DNA from: Eledone cirrhosa
Taxonomy: Eukaryota
NCBI GenBank assembly: GCA_964016885.1
Contig: OZ024740.1
Coordinates: forward strand, 142,166,001-142,230,000
Direction of reading: 5' to 3'
Length of the DNA stretch: 64,000 nucleotides
A model generated the notes under the pieces. It was not told where the DNA came from. It ran no database searches and saw only the letters and a list, made by a program, of their open reading frames with translations. This document shows, piece after piece, positions 14,506 to 30,100 of the stretch. Positions within the stretch are counted from its first letter, which is position 1. The number at the start of each line of letters is the position of its first letter. The translations under genes and the position numbers were made by a program.

Positions 14506-16486
14506 TCACCATCATCACCAACACCACCAATACTACCAACAGAACCATCACCATCATCACCAACACCACCAATACTACCAACAGAACCATCACCATCATC
14601 ACCAACACCACCAGTACTACCAACACAACCATCACCATCATCACCAACACCACCAGTACTACCAACAGAACCATCACCATCATCACCAACACCACCAATA
14701 CTACCAACAGAACCATCACCATCATCACCAACACCACCAATACTACCAACAGAACCATCACCATCATCACCAACACCACCAATACTACCAACAGAACCAT
14801 CACCATCATCACCAACACCACCAATACTACCAACACAACCATCACCATCATCACCAACACCACCAATACTACCAACAGAACCATCACCGTCATCACCAAC
14901 ACCACCAGTACTACCAACACAACCATCACCATCATCACCAACACCACCAATACTACCAACACAACCATCACCATCATCACCAACACCACCAATACTACCA
15001 ACACAACCATCACCATCATCACCAACACCACCAATACTACCAACAGAACCATCACCATCATCACCAACACCACCAATACTACCAACACAACCATCACCAT
15101 CATCACCAACACCACCAATACTACCAACAGAACCATCACCATCATCACCAACACCACCAGTACTACCAACAGAAACATCACCATCATCACCAACACCACC
15201 AGTACTACCAACAGAAGCATCACCATCATCACCAACACCACCATTACTACCAACAGAACCATCACCATCATCACCAACACCACCAATACTACCAACAGAA
15301 ACATCACCATCATCACCAACACCACCAATACTACCAACAGAAACATCACCATCATCACCAACACCACCAATACTACCAACACAACCATCACCATCATCAC
15401 CAACACAACCAGTACTACCAACAGAAACATCACCATCATCACCAACACCACCAGTACTACCAACAGAAACATCACCATCATCACCAACACCACCATTACT
15501 ACCAACAGAACCATCACCATCATCACCAACACCACCAATACTACCAACAGAAACATCACCATCATCACCAACACCACCAATACTACCAACACAACCATCA
15601 CCATCATCACCAACACAACCAGTACTACCAACAGAAACATCACCATCATCACCAACACCACCAGTACTACCAACAGGAACATCACCATCATCACCAACAC
15701 CACCAGTACTACCAACAGAACCATCACCATCATCACCAACACCACCAATACTACCAACAGAAGCATCACCATCATCACCAACACCACCAGTACTACCAAC
15801 AGAAACATCACCATCATCACCAACACCACCAGTACTACCAACAGAACCATCACCATCATCACCAACACCACCAATACTACCAACAGAAGCATCACCATCA
15901 TCACCAACACCACCAGTACTACCAACAGAAACATCACCATCATCACCAACACCACCAGTACTACCAACAGAAACATCACCATCATCACCAACACCACCAG
16001 TACTACCAACAGAACCATCACCATCATCACCAACACCACCAGTACTACCAACAGAAACATCACCATCATCACCAACACCACCAGTACTACCAACACAACC
16101 ATCACCATCATCACCAACACCACCAGTACTACCAACAGAACCATCACCATCATCACCAACACCACCAGTACTACCAACAGAACCATCACCATCATCACCA
16201 ACACCACCAATACTACCAACAGAAGCATCACCATCATCACCAACACCACCAGTACTACCAACAGAAACATCACCATCATCACCAACACCACCAGTACTAC
16301 CAACAGAAGCATCACCATCATCACCAACACCACCAATACTACCAACAGAACCATCACCATCATCACCAACACCACCAGTACTACCAACAGAAACATCACC
16401 ATCATCACCAACACCACCAGTACTACCAACAGAAGCATCACCATCATCACCAACACCACCAGTACTACCAACAGAACCATCACCAT
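14506..16486. repeat. 42-bp minisatellite, about 47 units (ccatcaccatcatcaccaacaccaccaRtactaccaacaSaa)
   Basis: Perfect 42-bp periodicity without indels; open in several frames (PSPSSPTPPILPTE in one). Confidence 0.95.
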
Positions 16487-16996
16487 TATTACCTCCACTA
16501 CAACCACTATACACTACTATACCAGTTATCATCGCTACAATAACTAGCACCATCATTTCCCCTACTATCACTACCATATCACTCCTCCACCGCCACTGTT
16601 ACCACCACCATTTCCCCTACTATCACTACCATATCACTCCTCCACCGCCACTGTTACCACCATCATTATAACCGCTATCGTCTCCTCCACCATAACAAAC
16701 ACCACATTCAGCTTCACCAACACCACAACCATCCGCATAGCTAAAATATTCTGGAACAATGAAGATAATAATCTTTAATGATCAGATTGATGCATATAGT
16801 TCCATGTTACAATCTTGTGTCGTTCTTAATAATAGAGTATCTCTCTCTCCTTCACTCTCGCTCTCTCCTCTCTCTATCTCTCTGTATATATATAAAAATG
16901 TATGTATATATAATCTCTGTGTGTATGTATAGATGTACAATCACGGCACATACAGAAACAAATTTATATATATATATGGGTTTGATTGCATTAAAC

Positions 16997-17032
<36 letters not shown>

Positions 17033-17109
17033 GGGTTTGATTGCATTAAACTATATATAAATATATATATATATATTATATATATATATATCTTATATAT
17101 ATATATATT

Positions 17110-17198
<89 letters not shown>

Positions 17199-17294
17199 AT
17201 ATATATATATATGTGTGTGTGCGTGTGTGTGTGAGTGTGTAGATCATCAAAGAGTCGAAGGCCATAGCAGTTGTATTTAGGTTTATTTTTATCT

Positions 17295-17377
17295 CCATGA
17301 TACATATTTCTCTGAGGTCTACGACTAGATAGTTTTCTTCCTACCCATTATTCTCCTAGCCTGAGCTCGTCAGATGG
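17295..17377 (-). ncRNA. Hammerhead motif with 56-nt stem II region
   Basis: ccat-CTGACGA-gctcagg..cctcaga-GAAA-tatgta-TC-atgg; base of stem II is imperfect. Confidence 0.55.
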
Positions 17378-17857
17378 TATAAAAATCCTTAAAATAATTT
17401 CACACAATTTTCAACGCTTAAAAATATTACAAAACGTCTCCAAAAACTTCAAAATATTTTCTCGAAAAACATTTTTTTATGATATAAGTTACTGGCAGAA
17501 TGTGTAATGTGGCTTCTATGCCATCCAGTCCCTGTATGACCCCTAGTGCTGGTCTGTCCCTCGCCCCACGTCACTTCCGCTGAATGTCGAAAATAGTCAT
17601 TGTTGTAGGAACGAATTTTGCAAGTAGCTCGTCTCCTCCTCCTCTCTACTAGACAGTGGTCGTTATAGTGGTATTGACAGACATCTCCTCCCAGCCCAAT
17701 AGTCAACTTTGTCTGCAACACCACCACACCATTAAGGTTAGGTGGGAGGGAGGGAGCAGATAACTGTGAATGAAAGATTGGAATATTATAACCAAAAATA
17801 AGATGTAAACATAATAAAGTAAATTAAAATGAAATAGATATACTTAAAATAGATAAC

Positions 17858-18042
17858 TGTTTCTACTTTAGGCACAAGGCCAGCAAATTAGCCAGTGCAT
17901 TACTGGTACTTTATTTTATCGACCCCGTAAGGATGAAAGGCAAAGTCAACCTCGGCGGGATTTGAACTCAGATCGTAAAGGGACGTAACTATGCTGGAAA
18001 GCATGGCGTCCGACCCTCTACCGATACTGCCAATCCACCGCG
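17858..18042 (-). mobile_element. Full-length tRNA-derived SINE with 15-bp target-site duplication
   Basis: cttaaaatagataac at 17843-17857 and 18043-18057; A box tggcagtatcgg and B box gagttcaaatcc on the minus strand. Confidence 0.9.
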
Positions 18043-18439
18043 CTTAAAATAGATAACGCCATATCTTAACAAGGAAATAAAGTATATAACGTAGTTGTTA
18101 TAAACTTAAATTTTAACTGGGTTAAAAGTGAGAGCCATTTTCCATCGTTAGGTCCACGCTTAACTATAGCTCGACGGATTACAGTCAGAACACCAGAGTG
18201 AAATCTGTCGATATAAAGAGAATGTCCGGGAGGGTCAGTAGGAATGTTCCTCACAGCTTGCAGTAGACAGCAATGAAACCGATAGAGATCTCCGGGCCAA
18301 CGTGTCTAGCCGATAAGAAGCTATTAGTGAGTTGTGTAAATAATTAAATAGTGTAGGCTAACCCAGGGTAACTTAAAGAAAATATAAGAATGAGACACAT
18401 GGAGATAAATTAAAGTATGGTCAGAAACGTACAGTATGA

Positions 18440-18635
18440 TAAGTGAAACAGCATGGTATAAAGGGCTACCTCCTTACTCACCACCATAGGCGCTGAGCTG
18501 GCCAGCCGCAGGTGTGAGCCCCACGAGTTGGGGTGACTTTTCCAGCGCGTCTCCCATGTCGTCCTCCGGGGAAACGCCTTCTCCATTCTGTCCACCGGGT
18601 CTGTGGGTCGGCCACATCGCGTACCAATACATTAG
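18440..18635 (+). pseudogene. C-terminal restriction-like endonuclease fragment of a CRE-like non-LTR element
   Basis: TTIGAELASRRCEPHELG*LFQRVSHVVLRGNAFSIL matches the LFQRLS..QRGNA terminus of CRE-clade ORFs. Confidence 0.6.
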
Positions 18636-19234
18636 TTAAATGCCATTCTTTCTCCTTGCGGTATTGTCAACGTTATATTCGAACACGTATATACATATAT
18701 ATAAAACTATACGAGGTAAAAAAAACTATAGAAAACAAACAGTGGGTAACTTGTAATCATACAAGAAATAAATGAAAATGTACATACAATAAATGCAATA
18801 AAACATAGGCAAGAAAATACCATAACATAGTCTGAGATTCGCACAAGGGTAACTAAACATAGATGCAAATGTGCCTAAATATATATAGAAAATAGATTGG
18901 GAAAATATACAGATAGTTAGGTAAAGATAGGGATTGGAATAGAGATCATAGTGTTCGTAGAGAGAGTTCCACTTGTTTGCCAGTTTGTGTGCAGCAGGGG
19001 AGAGTGTTACTCCCATAAGTGTTCCAATTCATATGGATAGCCGCGGGTTAAATTCTGTAACGTGTCCGTGGTCAGGGCATAATGTTTCTTTTCTAGATGG
19101 ATAAGCTTGATCCTCTGGAAAGCTTTGGTAGTCATATTGAAGTGGATGTTTAAGTCCAATCTGTTGCTTCTTGCCGTGTGAATCAGGCAAAGCAGATGAA
19201 GCCATCACTCATTTATTGCGCCAGCAAAGCGCTA

Positions 19235-19309
<75 letters not shown>

Positions 19310-19354
19310 ACTACCTTGATTAAATCTTAACTCATTTATTGCGCCAGCAAAGCG

Positions 19355-19457
<103 letters not shown>

Positions 19458-19458
19458 G

Positions 19459-19490
<32 letters not shown>

Positions 19491-19548
19491 TGACTACCTT
19501 GATTAAATCTTAACCATTTAACATCTCGGGGTATGTCATGTATCATTA

Positions 19549-19602
19549 TATTTTTTCTGATGAGGACGTACTGTTGTACCTCTGAAATATGTATAATAAA
19601 AT
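19549..19602 (+). ncRNA. Minimal hammerhead motif in a solo pLTR island
   Basis: atttttt-CTGATGA-..-GAAA-tatgta-TA-ataaaat; related to 43135-43199 (both preceded by gggtatgtca); stem II imperfect. Confidence 0.6.
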
Positions 19603-19742
19603 TTAATTGATGAAAAGAACATCTATTTTATTAATATTTGTATTTTTATATTAATAACTCTGGAAAATATTTTTCCTGTAGAGTGCTTCCAATCTACTGT
19701 AAAACTTATTCTTAGATGTACTCATTGAATCTTGTTTAACTC

Positions 19743-19798
<56 letters not shown>

Positions 19799-19928
19799 CT
19801 CACACCAACCTGGGGTATATGATTTTTAATGCGATGAATTACCAATGATGGTTGGAAAATCACTGACGAAGGACTATTTTTATCACATGTAACCCATGTG
19901 CAACCACGCAGTATTCTTCTTTCTTCTC

Positions 19929-21395
<1,467 letters not shown>

Positions 21396-22844
21396 GCTCT
21401 AACCCACGCATCACAGTAAACAGCTCTTTTACCCACACTCGGCATTTAAATGTGTAACGCCATAGGCTAGCTTTACACTATGCACCCCATTCTCCCAGGT
21501 AAATAGTTTCAGCTTACAGTTTGGTAAGCTGACGAAGCTAATGTTTGACACTTGCTCTGATAACACTCAGAAAATTACCAAGCCCGTAAGTTCTACTACA
21601 GTTCGCACTCTACTGTGCCACATTATGTGACAGGTCATAATAACATACAACCCACATCATCACTTTGGGTATTTCCACATATTTGACGATCTGGTTTCTG
21701 TTTGATCCCACAGGAAATTATTATACATTTAATTTAATTACACAAATTTGTATAAAACTTTGATTTTTTTAAGGTTCAGAAACATGCCTCAGTGAGGTTG
21801 CCTAGTTGGTATTAATACACGTAAAAGTACTGTACTACACACACGGAGGAGTTGGTAATTTTGTGAATTCATGCTTTTCTGAAGATGAATTGTAAGGAAA
21901 GTTAAATGACACTCACTATAATTCAGTAGCACGCGCTGAACTACATTTCTTTCATCAAGTTATTAGGTCAAGGGTGTCATGAAATAGATGTGAAACTTTG
22001 ACTCACGCCTAATAAATTAATGTCGCACATTTTATTACCTTTTTAGGGACGAAAAGCAAAGACATGGAAAGTAAATAAACAAAAAAGTATTTTCTCCATA
22101 TTTCTACAATCGCTGCATCGTACTTAAAATTTCGAAAATATTGATTACTTTCTAAGATACAAGGTTAATTGCTGATTGATCGACTGCTGCCGATAGCATT
22201 GACCTCAATATACTATACTATTGATATTTATTTAATTGATTTCTCAATTTTAGCATGACAGGGACACGAATAGTGTGTAGGTAGATGACATCGATTGACT
22301 GGTACTTCTTCTAATCGACGTGGCAGTTACTTTATGGCAAGAGTTTTATAGTATGGCTCTGAGCCACGTTTACTAATCTGCAACATATGTATCACCGTTT
22401 TCTCAATATAACTCATCTATCTAAAATTATTCTATTATTTATAAAATCAAATTTGAGCGTAGCTAAGAGAGAATTTCTTTTCTCATCGATTGAAATTTCA
22501 AAATGAAACAAAATCAAGTAAAAACAAATAAATAAATTCATCTTCTTCATTCGAAACAGCTGAAAGTTGTTGACCTGATTAAATTGAACACAAGTAGCGT
22601 TTAAAGGAAGTCATTCTTTGCTTTTATCAATATTCTCACAGTTAACGTAAGATTAAGTCTGCTTTAACAAAACAAAACGTGGTAATCGGCTGATATGCCC
22701 AAATTATATAGTTGGATGCTATTCAAAAAATGGAATAGCTAAATCTTTTCTGAAGATGCCAACAAGTGCGATAGTATTTACATCAATGGAGTGTATATTG
22801 GTATTTAGATCATATCCTTTCATTTATGTCGCGTATTTGTAAAG

Positions 22845-22990
22845 CAGCAAATTGGTAGAGTTGTAAGAACATCAGACAGAATGGCATCGCGATATTCATT
22901 CCGGCTTATTGCAGTCTGAGTTCAAATCCCGCCACGGTAGACTTTGCTTTTCCTTTTTCGATGTCGATTAAAAATATACCAGTCAATTAC
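22845..22990 (+). mobile_element. Diverged SINE copy (older subfamily)
   Basis: gtctgagttcaaatcccgcc..actttgctttt..gtcgattaaaa.tataccag; similar diverged copies at ~2190-2285 (-) and ~58010-58135 (-). Confidence 0.6.
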
Positions 22991-23536
22991 TAGGGATGAT
23001 TCGTCATTATTATTTCTCTCAGTTCAATACTCTTTTCCTCTGAAATAATTCTGTGTTCAGACAAGGAAAGGTGGGCTACGTCAGGTTTAAATGCCCAAGA
23101 CACGCCGTAAATGACTATGGTACCGTGATGACTTCTATTAGGAGTTAAGTCGCCTGGTATCCCATGGTAAATAGATATGATCAACGAAGTAAATAAATAA
23201 ATAAATAAATAAGTAAAATAAACAATCCAGAAGCCGCTTCGTTCGGATTTTGAAAACGAAAAGATCTTTTTTTTAAATCAATTCTACTTAAGATGACAGG
23301 GATCTGTTGCTGACACTTTCCTATTTAATAGGAAGAATTGAATGAGGGGAAAGCTATGAATTCTTTAGAAACGCAGGTGTTTTTCTTAGAAACATCTATC
23401 GGCTTGGTAACAAAGGTAATCGCATTTGGAATCATGACTAATTTCTCTGTCAGCAAGCTGCTGCTGCTTTTGCTGTTGCTGTTGCTGCTACTGCTACTAC
23501 TACTACTACTAGCTAGATAGGTACTACTACTACTAT

Positions 23537-23580
<44 letters not shown>

Positions 23581-24180
23581 AATTAATTTGCCAGCGAAGA
23601 AAAGCTGTCCACTTCACCCACCCCTATGGCACCGACTTTTGTATTGGTTTGACTTTCAGTATTTATGAATTATTGTCATTATTGTCATTTATAATAGTAA
23701 TGATGATGATGATGATGATGATGGCAATTCATTATCAAGAAAAAGAGGGTAAAAGGATCTAATTAACTGCAGCAACAAATCCCCTTGATAAAATCTTCAT
23801 ATTCGTCATGCCAACTGTGTGCCTTTCCTATTGTGTCGCTTTGTTTGATGTTAATTATCGTCGGAGATTCATCTAAATATAGTAAGTTAATGAATAGATG
23901 TTAGACGTGAATGCAATAACAACATTTAGTATTTCCGTATAGTTTGCAAGATACATCTCTTGAGTTGACTGGGACCAGAGGTGGACCGGCCATACGGTGG
24001 GTCGCCAGGTAATACGGCTGGCAGTCATTGCATGCACTTATGCAAAATTGTCAGACCACGAAACGTTTCATTGCACAATGAATTTCCATATATCCGAACC
24101 ATAATAAATTAGCCCTGTTTATATATTTATATTATATATATATTATTGATATATATATATTATATATATATTTATAGTAG

Positions 24181-24370
24181 GGCGGTGGATTGGCAGTATC
24201 GGTAGAGGATCGGACACCGTGCTTTGACGCATAGAGTTATAGCCCTTGCCATTCTGAGTTCAAATCCCGCCGAGGTTAACTTTGCCTTTCATCCTTGCGG
24301 GGTCGATAAAATAAAGTACCAGTAATGCACTGGGATAATTGCTGGCCTTGTGCCAAAAGCAGAAACAATT
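24181..24370 (+). mobile_element. Full-length tRNA-derived SINE
   Basis: Same family as 1521-1701 with clear A and B boxes. Confidence 0.9.
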
Positions 24371-24419
24371 ATATATATATATTATTGAACGCTTTTTTCC
24401 ATTTTGTTCATATTCTCGC

Positions 24420-27142
24420 TATTATCTTCGACGACTTTGAGATCTACGCATCTCTCTGTCAGCCGGGAGGTGGGGTGGGGGCGGAGTTGCCGTTTTGCTG
24501 CGGAAACACGTGGACCTCGTAACACAGATGGTACATCTGGACCCAGAGGGTCGACTGGTGGTCCTAGACGTTGACGGTAGTGAACGTGGAGCCTTCAGGC
24601 TGGTGGCCGCATATGCCCCAACCGGGACACCGCGGCCAGACCTCTTCAAATGTCTAGAGACTTTTCTGGGAACGTCCCGCTCCCTGCTGTTAGTGGGGGA
24701 CTGGAATGGAATCCTAGATGCACGTTGGGACTATGTGGGAGCATGTCCCGATAGAGTGGGGTGTAACAGCCTCAAACAGTTAATCGGCCGATTTGACCTG
24801 GCCGATAGATATCGAGTAGATTTTCCGACTGTGCCACTGTGGACGTGGACTAATCGCAGCGGAACATCTAGATCGTACCTAGATAGGGTTCTAGTTAGAA
24901 AGAAGGATAGGGACATGTTAAGCTGTCCACAAATGTTCATGGTTGCCTATTCAGATCACAAATTAGTGACCTGCTTAGTCAACATTAACAAAACCCATAG
25001 ACAGGGACCCGGCTACTGGAAGCTGAACTTGTCGTTACCGACATGCAAAGGCTACAGTAGACGGATTAGCATTTTAGTTAAGCAGCACTTGACGGGGCCA
25101 TTGTCAACAACAGATGGTGGTACTCTCACAAGAGGGCAGTTAGATTAGACTCGATAGGTTTTAGTAAAGAATTAGTGTTAGATAGAAATAAGACCGAAAA
25201 GGAACTGGTAGATAAAGTAGAAGAGGCACTTAGGAGTGGCAACATAGCCAGCGTGCTAGCGACGAGAACGGCTTTGGACCAGTTCTTCGACGCAAAGCAT
25301 GAAGGCTGCGTTGTCAGAAGCAAAATGCGTGCTCTGGGAAACGAGGGAGCCAAAGCTGTTAGCTGGGACGAGTGACGGAGGATAAAAGTGCAAACAAGTC
25401 CACGATTCGCTCTGTGAAGGACCAAGACGGACGCGTGATAGGTGAGCCGAAAAAAATGTGCGCGGCCTTTCAGCGGCACTTTTCTCAAATGTTCGGGCAG
25501 GGCTAAGGATTTCGGTTCATACCTCGACGGCCTACCGCGACTCTGGGACAGCGAGGCGAAGTTCTGCGAAAGACCGATTTCGGCCGCTGAGATAGGGGAC
25601 GCGCTGAGTCAATGCGGCAAACGCAAATCTCCAGGTCTCGACGGTCTACCCTACGAATTTTACGTAGCAATGCCGGACTTTCCTCCGGTCTTCTGGAAGC
25701 GCTCTACTGCAACTGGCAGCAGAACGGAAGAATTCCCAGTTCTGTGACCAAGGGCGTAATCACGTTAGTCAGGAAGGACGAGAACAAGGGGGATGACATA
25801 GGCAACTTCCGGCCCATAACTCTGCTCAACACAGAGTTACAGATTTTGGCCAAGGTGTTGGCAAAGAGGCTGGCGCTTGTCGTCGAGAACTTGGTGGGAG
25901 AAGCGCAGGTATCCGCAATCCCGACCAGGTCCGTACACGACAACTTCCACCTCATGCGATACATCATAGAGAGAGTAGGGTGTAAACCCGGCTTCGGTGG
26001 GGCCCTGATCAACTTGGATCAGTCTAAGGCTTTCGATAGGGTTGACCATCGTTACCTGGATGCGGTGCTCGAGGCAGCAGGCTTCGGTCCCGTGTTCAGG
26101 GGCTGGATTGCTGCAATGCACAACAGCAACAACTGCTCAAGGGTCAAGGTGAACGGCTACCTCTCGGAGCCGTTCCATATCACGCGATCCATCCGACAGG
26201 GATGCCCTCTCTCCTCCCTTCTGTACGTACTGACTCTCGAGCCACTACTGCGGAAGTTGGAGCCATTGCAGGGCATCCCTTTGGAACCGAGACTGCGAAA
26301 AGCGGCGTCGGCCTACACCGACGACGTGACAGTAATGGTATCAAGCACCTCGCAAATCGGGGATATCGGCACCTTACTGGAGGAATACGAAAGGTTCTCA
26401 GGAGCGAAGCTGAACCGGGACAAATCCGTCGGTTTGCAACTCGGAACGTGGGGAGGCAAACCGATGCCTTCCGATGACGTCGTCGGACGCTGGAGGAAGG
26501 ACCGGTAAAGCTGCTCGGGGTCTGGTTTGGTCCTGACCTCCAGGTGGAGAAGAACTGGAACGAGGTGACGGCCAAGGTGGTCCGAGTGCAAACTATCATT
26601 GAAAGGTCGAGCGGATGTGGCGAACATTTTTATAGCGTCCGTCATCTACTACTGCTTGACCGTTGTGCCTTGTCCAGCCAAAACGCTCACCAAAATGGAG
26701 CGCGCGCTCTTCCAATTCCTTTGGAAGAACCGGGCTCCTTTGGTGAGAAGATCCATCTGCTGCCAACACCCTTCAAACGGAGGGCTGGGGATACCGTGGC
26801 TGACGATGCGCAAACACGCGCTCAGGCTGCGCCACCTCCACGTATTCCTCACCAGACAAACCGTTCGTGAGGGCCCCGTTCGTGAGGGCCCCGTTCGTGA
26901 GGCGAGCCTTCCCACGACTCGTCTCGCTGACCGAGCTGCAGACCTGGGTCAAGCAAAGACCTAGGAAAATGGGCGACTGGCATATCGAATATGCTCAGGC
27001 ACTCACAGTCCTCTGGCAAACGGACCCGGCGATCAGTGGAGACTCAACTTCGACATTCTAGTTGGTCGGAGAAACTCTAGGCGTAGAGGAGGACGAACTG
27101 ACCAGTCTGTTCGGTAGGACCTTCCGCCCGGGACCAATGGAC
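24420..27142 (+). mobile_element. Tx1/L1-clade LINE ORF2 (APE endonuclease + RT), truncated at both ends, frameshifted
   Basis: VAAYAPTG, LVGDWN, SYLDRV, YSDHK, GPGYWKLN, KSPGLDGLPYEFY, NFRPITLLN, LDQSKAFDRV, RQGCPLS, YTDD, GGLGIP; 15-bp triplication at 26861-26902. Confidence 0.95.
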
Positions 27143-30100
27143 TGCAGCTCAGTCAAAGAAACGAGCTGCGGAAAGGCCTGTCTGACAAACGGCGACTACA
27201 CCTCTTCACCGTTTAGGCAGAATATCTGGAGATGCCGCAGCCTCAGCGCGTGCCTGCGCATCATTAGCCACGGCATGCCCAGCCCTCCACGTAGAGGGTG
27301 CTGGCAGCAGATGGACCGCCTCACCAGCGGAACCTGACCTCTCCACAAGAATTTGAAGAGGAGCCGCTCCAAGATGGCGAGGCGCGAACGGGGCAAGGGA
27401 CGACAGTCAGACGGGAGTAGATGACGGACGCGATGTACGCGTTCGCCACCTCGGCCCGACCTTTCAGTGATAGCTTCATCCCAGCCCATTTCTGGGTGAG
27501 ACTGGCTACCCTGCCCGTCACCTCGTCCCAATTCTTATCCACCTGGAGGTCTGGCTCGAACCAAACCCCTAGCAACTTTACCGGTCCGTCCGTCCAGCGC
27601 CTAACTACGCTGTTGGACGGCATGGACTTGCCTCTCCAGGTGCCGAGTTGCAAGCCCACTGACTTTTTCAAGTTAAGTTTTGCTCCCGTCAACCTTTCAT
27701 ATTCCTTCAATAAGTTGCCGACCACCTCGATTTCTGAGGTGTCTGACACCATCACGGTGATGTCGTCCGCATAAGCCGACACAGCCTTTCCCCGTCCCGG
27801 TTCGAGCGGGAAGCCCTGCAACAGCTCCAGCTTCCGCAGTAAAGGCTCGAGAGTCAATACGTACAGAAGGGAGGAGAGATGGCACCCTTGACGGACCGAT
27901 CGGGAGACCTGAAACGGTTCCGAGAGGTGGCCATTAATTTTGACCATCGAGCAGGTGCCGCTGTGCATTGCAGCGATCCAGCTTCTGAAGGGATTGAAGT
28001 CCGCCACCATCTCTGACCCGCCACTTACCCCGAACAACCGAGCAAAATGTTGGCGAAAGGCCTCACACATCCTCTTGGAATCGCTCAGCTCGTGCCCGTC
28101 TCGGTTCGTCAAAGACCGAATCGTGGTTTTATTACCACGCTGCGCTCTGCCACGCGGGCCCATCGAACAGCTTTAGTTCCCGCGTTTCTCAGAGCACGCA
28201 CTTTAGCTCTGACAATGCAACCTTCGTGTTTCGCATTAAAGAAATGGTCTAATGCCATTCTCGCCGCTAGCACATCAGTTGCAATGCCACTACCAATAGC
28301 CTCGTCTAACTTATCTACCAACTCCCCCTCTTTTCTATTTTTCTCTAATGCTACTTCTTTGCTAAACTCTATCGACATTACTCTAATCTCTCTTTTGAGA
28401 GCCCCCCACCATCTATTGTTGACGACTCCCCCTGTCAACTTTTTCTTAACTAAATTGTTGACCTGGTCCCTGTAAGCCTTACGTGCCGGAAATGACATGT
28501 TTAGTTTCCAGTAACCAGGTCCTAACCTACGCGTCTTATCTAGGTCGACCATACAGATCACAAACTTGTGATCTGAATAGGTGACCGTTTCAAAACGTGG
28601 ACAGCTTACACTATTTCTGTCTATTTTCCTAATGAATATCCTGTCTATATACGATCTAGATGACCCTATGCGGTTAGTCCAGGTCCACACTGGCGCATTA
28701 GGGAAATCTAGTCGATACCTGTCAGACAGTTGGAACTGGCTGATCAGGTTCTTGAGGCTTTTGCACCCTCCGCTCCTATCGGATACTCCCACACAGTCCC
28801 AGCGTGCGTCTAAGATGCCGTTCCAGTCCCCCGCTAACAGTAAAGGGCGAGACGTACCCAGAAAGGCTTCCAGGCGTCTAAAGAAGTCCGGCCGTCCTTC
28901 CCCAGTAGGAGCATAGACGGCCACCAGTCTAAAGGCACCACCTTCGTTATTGTTCACGTCCAGGTCCACCAACTTCCCGTCCGGGTCCCGGAAGGTCGAC
29001 CTTACCTCGAGATCCAGGCCTTTCCTAAACAGCACTGCCACGCCGTCTCCCATTCCCGGCCGGCTAACAGATGCAAAGATCTGATAGTTGTCGAAAATGG
29101 GGTCTAGTGCGCGCGTGTCGGAAATCCTGGTCTCGCTGACAGCAATTACATCCATTTCTAGAGACCTGAGGTCGTTGAGCAGGTGACCCTGCTTCCAGGA
29201 CGATCCCAGGCCCCGAACATTTAAACTTCCTACTCTTAATACAGCCCTGTTGGCAGGTCAAAAAGAGAGAGAGGAAAGGTTTACTTACCTTCCGGACTCT
29301 TCTGAAGGTCGGGTGGTTCGACCTCCATAGTTGGTGGGGTTTCTTTTGGGAACCCCTTTAAAAGTCTTGAAGTGGGTTTTACGTTCGGGGTTCCCACGTC
29401 CCGAGGAAAGCTGTCGCGTATTTCTTTGTATAAATCGAGCGACATTCGCACCAGAAACAAATCTTCCGGCACGCGAAATGTGCTCGATTTAAAAATTTCC
29501 CCTCTTTTTGTATATTTTCACTTCGTGCTACGAGGACCATCAGTTCCTTGTTGGCCCTCCTGACGAGCACGAAGTTTTGTATGTTTTGTTGGTGTGATTT
29601 TATTTGTTTGCGTGGCTGTGTTGGTGATGGTTTTGGTAGTGTTGTTTCGGTTGTGTCTGTGTTTGTTGTGAGTGCGGTGTCTGTGGTTTCAGATGTTTGT
29701 GTGTATATTTGTGTTTGCGTCTGTTTAGGTTGTTTGCGTTTGGGGGATTCTGGTGATGGTGATGGTGGTGTTGATGTTGATGTTATTAGAGAGATGTTTG
29801 CGTGGGTGGTTGTCTGCGTTTTTTATTGTGCTTTGTTTAGTTTTTTTTTTCTTTTTGTGTTTCCTTTTTTGTATTTTGGGGGATTTTGATTTTCCCTCAT
29901 CTTCACTACTGGTAGATGAGGGCTCTGTGTCTGTAAGTGTGTCTGTGTGTGTGTTTATGGTTTTATTGGTGTGTGTATTTTTTTTTGGGGGGGGGGGATT
30001 TGACAGCTTTCTTCGTTTCCCCCCTGGGTGGTCAATGTTGGTGGTAGTCTTTCTATTGGTGTTGTTGGTGGTTTTGCCGGTGCTGGTGTTGGTTGTGGTC

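Noticed and set aside
14506-16486. CRISPR-like array
   Set aside because: Contiguous tandem units with no unique spacers, in a eukaryotic context.
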